Shown piece by piece: positions 29,558-39,437 of a stretch of 64,000 nucleotides of DNA (the first letter of the stretch is position 1; every line of letters begins with the position of its first letter). The notes under the pieces were generated by a model that was not told where the DNA came from, made no database searches, and saw only the letters and a program-made list of their open reading frames with translations. A program made the translations under genes and the position numbers. Source of the stretch: Caulobacter sp. UNC279MFTsu5.1 (GTDB taxonomy: Bacteria > Bacteroidota > Bacteroidia > Chitinophagales > Chitinophagaceae); assembly GCA_943369185.1 (NCBI GenBank), contig CALRMK020000002.1, positions 501,368 to 565,367 on the forward strand. The letters run 5' to 3'.

Positions 29558-29917
29558 TTATAATGACTGTAGGAATTGTTCCGTACAGCGTTCCGACAAA
29601 TATCTTGATTTTACCTGTACGGTATGCTGGTAATTGTCGCCATCGGAATCTTCGTAAATACGGGAATACACTTCCGCTCCATCTGAAAGTTCTTCCAGTG
29701 TATGCAGTTCGGTTACATTGATGAATTTCCAATGAACGGCCTGTTGCCGGCTGTTTTCAAAACAATCCTGCTCCTTACTGCCGATCAGTTGTGCTTTGTT
29801 AAAAGCCTGTAGCTCATCTTCTGCAAAGATCAACCTGAGTTGTTCATCAAACTGGGCAGTATGGTTACCGGGGCCACAGATGATCCGGTAAACCAGTTTT
29901 GCGAGATACCAATTCAT
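29558..29917 (-). CDS. DUF4288 domain protein
   Basis: MNWYLAKLVYRI...FDEQLRLI.A..A..KA...WKFINVTEL...DGAEVYS. Confidence 0.75.
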   Translation of the reverse strand: MNWYLAKLVYRIICGPGNHTAQFDEQLRLIFAEDELQAFNKAQLIGSKEQDCFENSRQQAVHWKFINVTELHTLEELSDGAEVYSRIYEDSDGDNYQHTVQVKSRYLSERCTEQFLQSL

Positions 29918-29921
29918 GAGG

Positions 29922-30036
29922 TGGGAGTTAGGAGTTTGGAGTTTGGAGTTAGGAGTTTGGAGTTAGGAGTTTGGAGTCTGGAGTCTGGAGTTAGGAGTTT
30001 GCATATAAACCACTCCAGACTCCCAACTCCAGACTA
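29922..30036. repeat. GGAGT-heptamer inverted tandem-repeat hairpin, copy C
   Basis: About 11 units of GGAGT(TT/TA/CT)-type heptamer, loop TGCATATAAACC, right arm ACTCCAG ACTCCCA ACTCCAG ACTA. Confidence 0.92.
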
Positions 30037-30038
30037 TT

Positions 30039-30803
30039 TTAATAGCTTCTGATTTCAATGCCGCCGAATACAGTGGTTCCTTTGAGGATCAGCACTTTGC
30101 TGGGGTCGAATGTGCCGGGTTGTGCGGGGCGCTTGTCTTCGATACCGGCAAAAACGGCAATGGCTTCTGTGCGTATTTCCCAATGCGGGGGAACTACGAG
30201 TTTGGTGCCGCCGAATACCTGTATGATCTCGATGCTTATCGGGCCGGTAATATCTGCCTGACTCAGGTTATATTCGGCTCCTCCCATGAAACAGATGATT
30301 TCTCCCCCCTTAAAATCCTTCGATGTGATCACTTTTTTTACGCCACCGAATACAGAAGTGCTATTGATCACATCTTCGGATGATTGTGTTTCATACCCTG
30401 TGCCAAAATTCAGGTTGTCGTCATAACGGCCCCATTTTTCCTTCATCCTGTCACTGTACCATTTTTTTTTAGGACGGAATATGAAGATCAAACCTACACC
30501 GATGATGATGATGGGCCAGAAATAAGGTTTGAGATTGGTGTCGATCATCATCTCATCCCATAAAAAAAATACACCGATCCCTGTCATGATCAGCCAGGAA
30601 GCATTGGCAAACCGGTGTTTTACTCCGGTTATAATACCGATCACAATCAATATCATGGGCCAGCTGAATAACCAGTCGGGCAAATCAGCACCCATCTTTT
30701 GTACCAGTAAACCGGCACCTACCAGTATTAATACGAGTCCTGTCCAGAACCTGTCATGTCTCTCGCTGATTAATCCGGGTTTCTTGTTTTCGTTGTCCAT
30801 CAT
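30039..30803 (-). CDS. LiaF-like membrane protein (DUF5668 + DUF2154-type domain)
   Basis: Four short TM helices (SWPMILIVIG, FWPIIIIGVG) then SVFGG, FMGGAEYNL, VPPHW, VFGGIEI. Confidence 0.85.
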   Translation of the reverse strand: MMDNENKKPGLISERHDRFWTGLVLILVGAGLLVQKMGADLPDWLFSWPMILIVIGIITGVKHRFANASWLIMTGIGVFFLWDEMMIDTNLKPYFWPIIIIGVGLIFIFRPKKKWYSDRMKEKWGRYDDNLNFGTGYETQSSEDVINSTSVFGGVKKVITSKDFKGGEIICFMGGAEYNLSQADITGPISIEIIQVFGGTKLVVPPHWEIRTEAIAVFAGIEDKRPAQPGTFDPSKVLILKGTTVFGGIEIRSY

Positions 30804-30818
30804 TTTAATTTTATACAA

Positions 30819-30905
30819 CAAAACTAGGGGGCGATAAGGGGCAGGTCAAGTCGTTTTAGGCTGTTAGCGGGAAATGGCCGGTAAGTGGCGGTAAACCGTC
30901 GGTAA
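30819..30905 (-). promoter_or_regulatory. Promoter of the liaF-lytS-lytTR operon with phased direct repeats
   Basis: Minus-strand TAGTTTTG box at 30819-30826; CGG(T/G)AA (+ strand) at 30868, 30879, 30889 and 30900. Confidence 0.55.
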
Positions 30906-30917
30906 AAGAAGCAGGAA

Positions 30918-31835
30918 CTACTGGTTACCGGCTAATTTTGATTGCCAGCCAATGAGGATCACACCGGCAATCACCAAAGCGGTACCAAAAATCTGTGCCG
31001 GAATGATCTCTTCTCCCAGGAACCAATGTGCCTGCAGAATGGTAGATACAGGGCCGATACTGGTGATGATGGAGACATTGTTGCTGCCAATCCGTTTCAT
31101 TCCGTTACTCATCATAAAAGAAGGCAATACAGTGGCAATGATGGCGAGCGCGATTCCATATCCTACCAGGGTGCCGGTAAAAGGAATCTCCTGTACCCGG
31201 TGGGTTAGCAGAAAATGAACGAAAATTCCTGCTGTGGCGGCCAGCATGGCATAGGCGGTATACCGGGTTACACCTACCCGCTGTACCATACGTCCTGTAC
31301 CCACCAGATAAAATGAGTACGTGATGGCACAGAGAAAAATCATGAAGGATCCATAATAAAACCGGGGATTGGAGGTATCCAGTTTCATTTCGCCGAAATA
31401 GGCAATACCGATCCCCAGATATGTTAACACCAGTGCCACCAACTGGATTTTCCCCAGCTTGCTTTTGAAGTAAAAGGTATTGATCAGTACCGCAAAAGTG
31501 GGGTAGAGGAAGAGGATCAGCCTTTCCAGTCCGGCAGAAACATACTGCAGTCCGATAAAATCAAATAAACTACTCAGGTAATACCCCAGTATGCCCATGG
31601 TCAATATCAGCAGCCAGTCGCGGCGGGTAAGCAGTTCTTTATTTTCTTTCCTTGCCACCAGCCAGGCCGCCAGCAGGTAAAAGGGTAGGGAGAACAACAT
31701 CCGCAGGCTCAGCAGGGTAACGGCATCTACCTGTGTGGCCTGGAAAGCCAATTTTACAAAAATGGCTTTGGTAGAAAAAAAGATCGCTCCCATAAGGGTG
31801 ATAAGAAAGCCGGCGAGCGTGATCTTTTTGTCCAT
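30918..31835 (-). CDS. DMT/EamA family transporter
   Basis: Ten TM segments in two EamA repeats; GLQYVSAGLERLILFLYP. Confidence 0.92.
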   Translation of the reverse strand: MDKKITLAGFLITLMGAIFFSTKAIFVKLAFQATQVDAVTLLSLRMLFSLPFYLLAAWLVARKENKELLTRRDWLLILTMGILGYYLSSLFDFIGLQYVSAGLERLILFLYPTFAVLINTFYFKSKLGKIQLVALVLTYLGIGIAYFGEMKLDTSNPRFYYGSFMIFLCAITYSFYLVGTGRMVQRVGVTRYTAYAMLAATAGIFVHFLLTHRVQEIPFTGTLVGYGIALAIIATVLPSFMMSNGMKRIGSNNVSIITSIGPVSTILQAHWFLGEEIIPAQIFGTALVIAGVILIGWQSKLAGNQ

Positions 31836-31902
31836 AAACCGGGTTCAGTCGTAAAAGGATTAGAGAGGTGCATCACCGAAATGCCATGCACCTCTCGGTT
31901 GG

Positions 31903-32715
31903 TTAAGCACTTACATTAAAATCGCGCAGGGCATCATTCAGACTGGTCTTGAGATCGGTACTTGCTTTACGCTGACCGATGATGAGGGCGCAGCTTACGC
32001 TGTATTCGCCGGCATTGAACTTTTTGCTGTAACTGCCCGGAATGACCACACTTCTGGCTGGTACCCGTCCTTTGTATTCCACCGGTTCTGATCCACTTAC
32101 ATCAATGATCTTGGTAGATTGGGTGAGCACCACATTGGCACCCAGTACGGCTTCTTTTTCTACAATCACGCCCTCTACCACAATACAGCGGCTGCCGATA
32201 AAGCAACCATCTTCAATAATTACCGGACTGGCCTGCAGGGGTTCCAGCACACCACCGATGCCAACGCCGCCACTCAGGTGTACACCTTTGCCTATCTGTG
32301 CGCAACTGCCCACCGTGGCCCAGGTATCCACCATAGAGCCTTCATCTACAAAGGCACCGATATTCACATAACTGGGCATCAGTACCACGTTTTTGGCGAT
32401 ATAGGCGCCATAGCGGGCAACTGCATGCGGAACGGCCCGTACACCCAGTTCTTTGTAATTGCTTTTCAGCAGCATTTTATCATAAAACTCGAAGGGAGGC
32501 AGGTTCCAGGTCTGCATCTGCTGTATACCGAAATACATCAGAATGGCCTGTTTAACCCACTCATTCACTACCCATCCGTTGTCGGTTGGTGCAGCTACCC
32601 GGAGGCGGCCCTTGTCTACTTCTTCAATCACGGCTCTTACTGCTTCTGTATAAACAGTATCTTTTAAGAGTTCCCGGTTGGCCCAGGCTTCCTGGATCTG
32701 TGTTTGTAAAGACAT
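31903..32715 (-). CDS. dapD: 2,3,4,5-tetrahydropyridine-2,6-dicarboxylate N-succinyltransferase
   Basis: VNEWVKQAIL, RAVPHAVAR, MPSYVNIGA, DTWATVGSCAQIG, GIGGVLEP. Confidence 0.97.
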   Translation of the reverse strand: MSLQTQIQEAWANRELLKDTVYTEAVRAVIEEVDKGRLRVAAPTDNGWVVNEWVKQAILMYFGIQQMQTWNLPPFEFYDKMLLKSNYKELGVRAVPHAVARYGAYIAKNVVLMPSYVNIGAFVDEGSMVDTWATVGSCAQIGKGVHLSGGVGIGGVLEPLQASPVIIEDGCFIGSRCIVVEGVIVEKEAVLGANVVLTQSTKIIDVSGSEPVEYKGRVPARSVVIPGSYSKKFNAGEYSVSCALIIGQRKASTDLKTSLNDALRDFNVSA

Positions 32716-32822
32716 GCGTATTTTTTTTGCAAACATACAGTATGATAACTTTATGGGAACTTTGTGTTGTAATTGTTCTGTCACAATCAGTAATTTGCCA
32801 TTATAAACAGCTTTCCCAATCT

Positions 32823-33395
32823 ATGCTGCCATTCAGTAATGATATTGACTATTGCCTGGAGAAATTGCAGGAAGGCGGGTTGATACTCTATCCCACAGAT
32901 ACGGTATGGGGGATAGGCTGCGATGCTACCAACCCGGAAGCTGTTGAAAAAATATATCAACTCAAACAACGGGTTGACAGCAGGGCCATGATCGTGCTGG
33001 TGGCCGATGAGCGGGAGATCCTGAAATATGTTACCCAGCCCGAGTTACAGATCTTCGACTATATCAAAGGAGTTACCCGGCCCACAACGGTTATTTATGA
33101 AGGAGCTGTGGAACTGGCCGATAACCTGCTGGCCGAAGATGGTTCAGTGGCGATCCGGATCTGTGAAGATGAATTCTGTAAAAACCTGATCAAACGATTC
33201 AGGAAACCGATTGTGAGTACCTCAGCCAATATCAGCGGATATCCTTCTCCGATGTGTTTTACGGATATTGAACCGGCCATTGTACATGGCGTGGATTATG
33301 TGGTTAGCTACCGCCAGGAAGAGACCGAATACCGCAAGCCCTCCTCCATCATTAAATGGGAAAAGGACGGAACACTTACTATTATCCGCTCCTGA
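32823..33395 (+). CDS. tsaC: L-threonylcarbamoyladenylate synthase (TsaC/Sua5)
   Basis: LYPTDTVWGIGCDA, KQR, PIVSTSANISG, PSSII. Confidence 0.95.
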   Translation: MLPFSNDIDYCLEKLQEGGLILYPTDTVWGIGCDATNPEAVEKIYQLKQRVDSRAMIVLVADEREILKYVTQPELQIFDYIKGVTRPTTVIYEGAVELADNLLAEDGSVAIRICEDEFCKNLIKRFRKPIVSTSANISGYPSPMCFTDIEPAIVHGVDYVVSYRQEETEYRKPSSIIKWEKDGTLTIIRS

Positions 33396-33551
33396 TCATT
33401 CCTCTTTTGCAACAAAAAGTTTCTTTTTTATTCACAGAAAACGGATCCGGTTCAGGGCAGTTTGTCTGTGATGGGAATATTTCGCAGATAAAACTGAAAA
33501 TGCTTGCATTCTTCAATAATATGAAGTAGATTTCTCTAGCATAGTAAAAAT

Positions 33552-33767
33552 ATGACCAGGATCGTTATCGATATTCCCAACAACAAAATGCAACCTTTTC
33601 TCAAGGCCTTACTTGGATTGGGACTGGATTCTCATGTAATACGCACGAACAGAAACAACCAGCCATTTCTCCGGCAGCGTAGGTTGATGAAATCTCTCCA
33701 GAAAATTTCTTCCAGTTTTATTTTATTCGATTGGGAATTTTTCAGCAATGAGCTGGAGTATGAATGA
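33552..33767 (+). CDS. Small hypothetical protein (71 aa)
   Basis: Only ORF filling its intergenic gap; ATG preceded by an AT-rich leader. Confidence 0.55.
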   Translation: MTRIVIDIPNNKMQPFLKALLGLGLDSHVIRTNRNNQPFLRQRRLMKSLQKISSSFILFDWEFFSNELEYE

Positions 33768-33824
33768 TCCTGCTGTCAGATAAAACTTTTCAGTCAACTC
33801 ACTGTACTTGATTAATTTTGCGCC

Positions 33825-34823
33825 ATGCAGCAAATACTGGTGATACAAACTGCTTTTATCGGGGATGTAGTGCTGGCAACCGGGATCCTGGAAAAATTAC
33901 ATGCATATTTTCCCGATGCTCAGATCGATATCCTCGTTCGCAAGGGCAATGAAACACTGTTCACCGGACATCCTTTTCTGCATAAAGTCATCTGCTGGGA
34001 TAAAAAAAATGCCAAATATGCGAACCTGCTGTCCGTATTAAAACAGATCCGTAAAACCCGTTATGATATCCTGATCAATGTGCAGCGTTTTGCGGCTACG
34101 GGTTTGCTAACGGCTTTTTCCAAAGCCCGGCAAACAATCGGGTTTGATAAGAACCCATTCAGTTTTTTGTTTTCAGATGTGATCCGCCATATCATCAGCG
34201 AAAATGAGCTAGTGATGCATGAGATAGAAAGGAATCACCAGTTGATCCGTTCTATCACAGACAGTAAGGCCGGTAAACCCAGGTTATATCCTTCTTCCGC
34301 CGATCAGGAAACTGTACGTAAATGGAAACAGCAACCCTATGTATGTATAGCCCCTGCCTCTGTGTGGTTTACCAAACAGTTCCCCCAAGAACAGTGGATC
34401 ACACTGGTGAATGCATTACCGCAACAGTTGCAGGTTTACCTGATCGGTGCTCCAACAGACAAGGATTTATGCGAAGAGATCCGGAAGGCTTCTATTCATG
34501 GGAATGTGACCAATCTGGCGGGTAACCTCCGTTTTCTCGAATCAGCTGCCCTGCAGCAGGATGCGGTGATGAATTATGTAAATGATTCGGCCCCCATGCA
34601 CTTTGCTTCTTCGGTTAACGCACCGGTAACAGCCGTGTATTGCTCTACCATACCCGCTTTTGGCTTTGGTCCTCTCTCAGATAACAGCCATATTGTAGAA
34701 GTGGCCACTGCATTACCCTGCCGCCCCTGTGGGTTACATGGCAAAAAAGCCTGTCCGGAGTCACATTTTAACTGCGCGAGGCAGATCACTACCGCTCAAC
34801 TGCTGGCCGTGTTGCCCAAATAA
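33825..34823 (+). CDS. Glycosyltransferase family 9 (heptosyltransferase-like)
   Basis: [41 protein letters not shown]. Confidence 0.93.
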   Translation: MQQILVIQTAFIGDVVLATGILEKLHAYFPDAQIDILVRKGNETLFTGHPFLHKVICWDKKNAKYANLLSVLKQIRKTRYDILINVQRFAATGLLTAFSKARQTIGFDKNPFSFLFSDVIRHIISENELVMHEIERNHQLIRSITDSKAGKPRLYPSSADQETVRKWKQQPYVCIAPASVWFTKQFPQEQWITLVNALPQQLQVYLIGAPTDKDLCEEIRKASIHGNVTNLAGNLRFLESAALQQDAVMNYVNDSAPMHFASSVNAPVTAVYCSTIPAFGFGPLSDNSHIVEVATALPCRPCGLHGKKACPESHFNCARQITTAQLLAVLPK

Positions 34824-34855
34824 TTAATTGGCAAAGCACCTTACATTTGCAGCAG

Positions 34856-36274
34856 ATGGAGATTCAATGTACAGATAGGGAGTTAGCTATATTGGAGAAG
34901 ATAGCCGGAGCGGCCGATACATTGGCGGTTCCCTGTTACCTGATCGGTGGTTTTGTGCGCGATAAGATCATTGGTCGCCCTACCAAGGATGCGGATATTG
35001 TATGTATGGGAGATGGGATAGAACTGGCACATAAAGTAGCTGATGCATTCCATCCTCGCCCCACAGTGGCCTATTTCAAAACTTTTGGCACTGCCCAGAT
35101 CAAGCTGGATGATTTTGAGATAGAATTTGTGGGCGCCCGCAAAGAAAGTTACAGCCAGAACAGCCGCAAACCCGAAGTAGTACCCGGTACGCTGGAAGAT
35201 GACCAGAACCGGCGCGATTTTACCATCAATGCATTGGCCATCAGCCTGAACAAGGCAGATTACGGTAAACTGGTAGACCCTTTCGACGGATTGGGGGATA
35301 TTGAAAGGAAATGCTTACAAACACCACTGGCACCTGTTCAGACTTTCAGCGATGACCCCCTGCGAATGATGCGGGCGATCCGTTTTGCCTCTCAGCTCCA
35401 TTTTGAGATAGCACCGGCAACTTTTCAGGCGATTACAGATAATGCACACCGCATTAAAATTGTTTCGCAGGAAAGGATCACGGATGAACTGAACAAGATC
35501 ATGCTCAGCGAAAAACCATCGGTGGGTTGGGATCTGCTGTTCCGCTCAGGACTATTGGCATTGATCTTTCCGCAGATGGTAGACCTGTATGGAGCAGAAT
35601 ATGTAGATGGGAAAGGGCATAAAGATAATTTCTATCACACGTTGCAGGTACTGGATAATATTTCGGAAAATACCGACGATCTCTGGCTACGCTGGGCGGC
35701 TTTACTGCACGATATCGGTAAACCGGCCACCAAGAAATTTGAAGAGGGGCATGGCTGGACCTTTCACGGCCATGAAGTAGTAGGAGCGAGAATGGTACCT
35801 AAAATTTTCACCCGACTTAAATTACCCTTGAATGAGAGGATGCGGATGGTACAGAAACTGGTGATGCTGCATTTGCGGCCCATCAGTCTCACCAAAGAAA
35901 ATATCACCGACAGCGCCATCCGCCGCCTCTTGTTTGATGCGGGTGAAGATATTGACCACTTGATGATGCTGTGCGAAGCGGATATCACCAGCAAAAATCC
36001 GAATAAGGTAAAAAGATACCTGAAAAATTTCGAACTGGTGCGTCAGCGATTGGAAGCTGTGGAAGAAAATGATAAGATCCGTAACTGGCAACCACCCATT
36101 TCCGGGGAGATGATCATGGCCAAATTCGGTTTGTCGCCGGGCAGAACGGTCGGAGTGATCAAAGATGCCATCCGTGAAGCCATCCTCGACGGACTGATTC
36201 CCAATGATTTTGATGCCGCTCACGCTTTTATGCTGCAAAAAGCTGCCGAACTGAACTTGTCGGCGGTGGAATAA
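34856..36274 (+). CDS. cca: CCA tRNA nucleotidyltransferase / poly(A) polymerase family with HD domain
   Basis: [46 protein letters not shown]; TACATTTG box just upstream. Confidence 0.9.
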   Translation: MEIQCTDRELAILEKIAGAADTLAVPCYLIGGFVRDKIIGRPTKDADIVCMGDGIELAHKVADAFHPRPTVAYFKTFGTAQIKLDDFEIEFVGARKESYSQNSRKPEVVPGTLEDDQNRRDFTINALAISLNKADYGKLVDPFDGLGDIERKCLQTPLAPVQTFSDDPLRMMRAIRFASQLHFEIAPATFQAITDNAHRIKIVSQERITDELNKIMLSEKPSVGWDLLFRSGLLALIFPQMVDLYGAEYVDGKGHKDNFYHTLQVLDNISENTDDLWLRWAALLHDIGKPATKKFEEGHGWTFHGHEVVGARMVPKIFTRLKLPLNERMRMVQKLVMLHLRPISLTKENITDSAIRRLLFDAGEDIDHLMMLCEADITSKNPNKVKRYLKNFELVRQRLEAVEENDKIRNWQPPISGEMIMAKFGLSPGRTVGVIKDAIREAILDGLIPNDFDAAHAFMLQKAAELNLSAVE

Positions 36275-36289
36275 ATTGTAATTTTGAGG

Positions 36290-36392
36290 ATGGGCAATGG
36301 TGAATGGTGAATTGTAAGTAGTGAGTAGTCAGTGGTGAGTGTTTTTGCAGGATAAACCAATAAACCAATAAACGAGTAAACCAATAAACAAC
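36290..36392. repeat. Heptamer run followed by an octamer run in a 5' leader
   Basis: ATGGGCA ATGGTGA ATGGTGA ATTGTAA GTAGTGA GTAGTCA GTGGTGA; then TAAACCAA TAAACCAA TAAACGAG TAAACCAA TAAACAAC. Confidence 0.8.
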
Positions 36393-36400
36393 ACAACCGA

Positions 36401-36973
36401 ATGGCTATATTAAAATTCAGGATTTATCTCGAAGAAGATGATGCAGTATACAGGGATGTGGTGATCAAACACACGCAGAATTTCCAGGAATTGCATTTTG
36501 CGATCTTGAAATCCTATGAATTTGACTCAAAGCACAAAGCTACTTTTTACCGCAGTAACGATAACTGGCAGAAAGGGAGAGAGATCAGTTTTGAACGCTA
36601 TGACAAACCGTATGTGGTAGAACCCTTATTAATGGCCGAGGTAACCATTGGTTCCGAGATCCGTGATACCAACCAGAAATTCGTATACGAATACGATTTT
36701 GAAAAACACTGGGTATTTCTGGTAGAACTCATCAATGTAAGTAAGGAAGAGAGCAGCAAAATTACTTATCCCGCTGTGACCCGCGTAGAAGGAATCGGTC
36801 CGCAACAGTACGGCACTAAAAGTCTGCTGGGCGATAAGTTTGCCGACATAGAAGAAAAATACGATCTCGCCGAAGCGGCCGAAGGATTTGGGACCGAAGG
36901 CGAAGATGGAGATACAGAAGCAGATGAAGAAGAAGCGGCAGACGATAGTACTGGACAGGAAGAAGATTTCTAG
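36401..36973 (+). CDS. pRiA4b ORF-3-like conserved protein with acidic tail
   Basis: VYRDVVIK...ELHFAIL..YEF...F.YEYDF..W.FLVEL; D/E-rich C-terminus. Confidence 0.75.
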   Translation: MAILKFRIYLEEDDAVYRDVVIKHTQNFQELHFAILKSYEFDSKHKATFYRSNDNWQKGREISFERYDKPYVVEPLLMAEVTIGSEIRDTNQKFVYEYDFEKHWVFLVELINVSKEESSKITYPAVTRVEGIGPQQYGTKSLLGDKFADIEEKYDLAEAAEGFGTEGEDGDTEADEEEAADDSTGQEEDF

Positions 36974-37056
36974 TATTGGCTGTTCTGGTAGTTACTATCG
37001 GTAAAAGGATAGTTCAATTCTTGATGTAACCCTTTTTATTGCCCCTACACCCAACT

Positions 37057-37956
37057 ATGCAGCCTACGATCATCATCATTGCCGGACCTACAGCTGTAGG
37101 CAAAACATCTTTTGCCATAGAACTGGCGAAACATTTTCAAACAGAAATCATTTCTGCCGATTCCCGACAGTGTTATCGTGAGATGAAGATTGGTGTGGCC
37201 CGCCCAACGGAGCAGGAACTGGCTGCGGTAAAACATCATTTTATCGCTTCGCATTCGGTTACGGAAGACCTGAATGCCGGCAGCTTTGAAAAATATGCAC
37301 TCGCGGCAGCGGATGAGATTTTTCAAAAAAATCCTGTTGCGGTAATGGTAGGGGGAACCGGATTGTATATCAAAGCTTTTTGTGAAGGGATCGACCCCAT
37401 GCCGGAAATACCGGAAGCGGTTCGACAAGATGTGATCAGTGGTTATGAACAAAAAGGATTGATCTGGTTACAGAAAGAGTTGCAGACCAAGGATCCTGCA
37501 TTCTGGGTAGTTGCCGAAAAGCAGAACCCACAACGGTTAATGCGTGCGCTGGAAGTATTCAATGCTACCGGCCAATCCATCATCGTATTCAGAACGGCCA
37601 AAAAAGCAGAACGTCCTTTCCGGGTGGTTAAGATCGGGCTTGACTTGCCGAAAGAAATATTACACCAACGCATTCACCAGCGGGTAGACCAGATGATGGA
37701 GGAAGGTTTGTTGAACGAAGTGGTCACGCTACAGCCATATCGGCTCCACAATGCATTGCAGACAGTAGGTTATCGCGAACTCTTTGATCATATTGATGGC
37801 AATTGCAGCCTGGAGGAAGCTGTCATCCAGATCAAGACCAATACCCGTCACTATGCCAAACGCCAGCTCACCTGGTTCAGGAAAGATGTAGCATTTGAAT
37901 GGGTTTCTCCAATGTCAGAATCCCTTCCCCGGGTGTATGAAAAAATAAAAGGTTAA
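37057..37956 (+). CDS. miaA: tRNA (adenosine(37)-N6)-dimethylallyltransferase
   Basis: GPTAVGKT, ISADSRQ, GGTGLY, RLMRALEV, VGYRE, YAKRQLTWF. Confidence 0.97.
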   Translation: MQPTIIIIAGPTAVGKTSFAIELAKHFQTEIISADSRQCYREMKIGVARPTEQELAAVKHHFIASHSVTEDLNAGSFEKYALAAADEIFQKNPVAVMVGGTGLYIKAFCEGIDPMPEIPEAVRQDVISGYEQKGLIWLQKELQTKDPAFWVVAEKQNPQRLMRALEVFNATGQSIIVFRTAKKAERPFRVVKIGLDLPKEILHQRIHQRVDQMMEEGLLNEVVTLQPYRLHNALQTVGYRELFDHIDGNCSLEEAVIQIKTNTRHYAKRQLTWFRKDVAFEWVSPMSESLPRVYEKIKG

Positions 37957-38062
37957 AAATTGATAACCTTTGGTGTAATAATCTCTTCTGTTTTATTACA
38001 AATATTGCTGATTCGTTAACTTTCGCTTATTGCGTTTCTGAAATCTATCAAAAAACTATGTT

Positions 38063-39388
38063 ATGAGAAAATGGTTATTCATGCTGCCGGCAGCGCTGTT
38101 AGTCAGCAGTACCCTGCAGGCACAGGCGCCGAAAATTGCGTTTGAAAAGTACACGCTTCCGAATGGATTGACGGTGATCCTGCACCAGGATAAATCGGCA
38201 CCGGTGGTAGCGGTATCGGCTTTGTATCATGTAGGGTCCAAGAACGAAGACACGGCCCGTACCGGTTTCGCTCACTTCTTTGAACACCTGATGTTTGAAG
38301 GGAGTGCCAATGTAAAACGGGGTGATTTTGATAAATACACATCCAATGCGGGAGGCTATAACAATGCCAACACTTCGCAGGACAGAACCTATTATTTTGA
38401 GTTATTTCCAAGCAACCAGGTAGCACTCGGACTCTGGCTGGAAAGTGAGCGCATGTTACATGCCAAGATCGAAGACATTGGTGTGAACACACAGAAGGAA
38501 GTGGTAAAGGAAGAAAAGCGTCAGCGTATTGATAACCAGCCCTATGGAACCATCATTGGTGAGATCTTTAAGCGTGCCTTTAAAGTACATCCTTATAAAT
38601 GGCAGCCCATTGGTTCATTGGAACACCTGAGCCGGGCCAAACTGGCTGATTTCATTAATTTTTATCAAACATTTTATGTGCCCAATAACTGTGTGTTGAG
38701 TATTGCCGGGGATATCGATATTCCGCAACTGAAACAGCAGATCAATGCTTATTTCGGTTCCATTCCCAGGGGCAAGAAGCCGATTCCCAGACCCACTGTT
38801 ACCGAGCCTGCATTGGGCGGAGAAGTGCGAGATGTGATCGAAGATAATATCCAGTTACCGGCCGTGGTAGAGGCCTATCGTTCTCCCAAACAGGGAAGTG
38901 ATGAGTATTATGCATTCAATGTATTGTCTTCTTTGTTATCGGGTGGCAATTCATCGCGTATGAATAAGGCCATTGTGGACGAAAAACAACTGGCCGTGCA
39001 GGCAGGTGCTTTTAACTATGCACTGGAAGATGCAGGTTTGTTCATCACATTTGGCATCGCTAATATGAATGTGAAACCGGAAGATCTTGAAAAAGAGATC
39101 CAGGTAGTAGTGGATGCTGTGAAAAATGAACTCGTAGGCGAAAGGGAATTTGAAAAAGTACGCAATAAGATCACCACAGATTTTGTAAATAAGAATGCCT
39201 CCATGGCCGGTATTGCAGAATCGCTGGCTGATTACCAGGTATATTTCGGCGACGCCAATCTGGTGAATACAGAGATTATCCGCTACAACAAAGTTACCCG
39301 CGAAGACCTGATGAAAGTAGCCCGGAAATACCTGAACAAAGAAAACAGGGTAACCCTGTATTATGTTCCCAAGGGTAGTAAGAAATAA
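38063..39388 (+). CDS. M16 (pitrilysin) family peptidase, catalytic subunit
   Basis: Signal peptide; inverted zinc motif HFFEHLMFEGS; NANTSQDRT. Confidence 0.93.
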   Translation: MRKWLFMLPAALLVSSTLQAQAPKIAFEKYTLPNGLTVILHQDKSAPVVAVSALYHVGSKNEDTARTGFAHFFEHLMFEGSANVKRGDFDKYTSNAGGYNNANTSQDRTYYFELFPSNQVALGLWLESERMLHAKIEDIGVNTQKEVVKEEKRQRIDNQPYGTIIGEIFKRAFKVHPYKWQPIGSLEHLSRAKLADFINFYQTFYVPNNCVLSIAGDIDIPQLKQQINAYFGSIPRGKKPIPRPTVTEPALGGEVRDVIEDNIQLPAVVEAYRSPKQGSDEYYAFNVLSSLLSGGNSSRMNKAIVDEKQLAVQAGAFNYALEDAGLFITFGIANMNVKPEDLEKEIQVVVDAVKNELVGEREFEKVRNKITTDFVNKNASMAGIAESLADYQVYFGDANLVNTEIIRYNKVTREDLMKVARKYLNKENRVTLYYVPKGSKK

Positions 39389-39437
39389 ACTGCAACCTGA
39401 AAGAGGATCCTGTTCTCAACCAACTAAACAAAAGACC

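Noticed and set aside
36401-36973. Plasmid or IS passenger gene indicating a mobile element
   Set aside because: The pRiA4b ORF-3-like gene sits between housekeeping cca and miaA with no transposase or terminal repeats.
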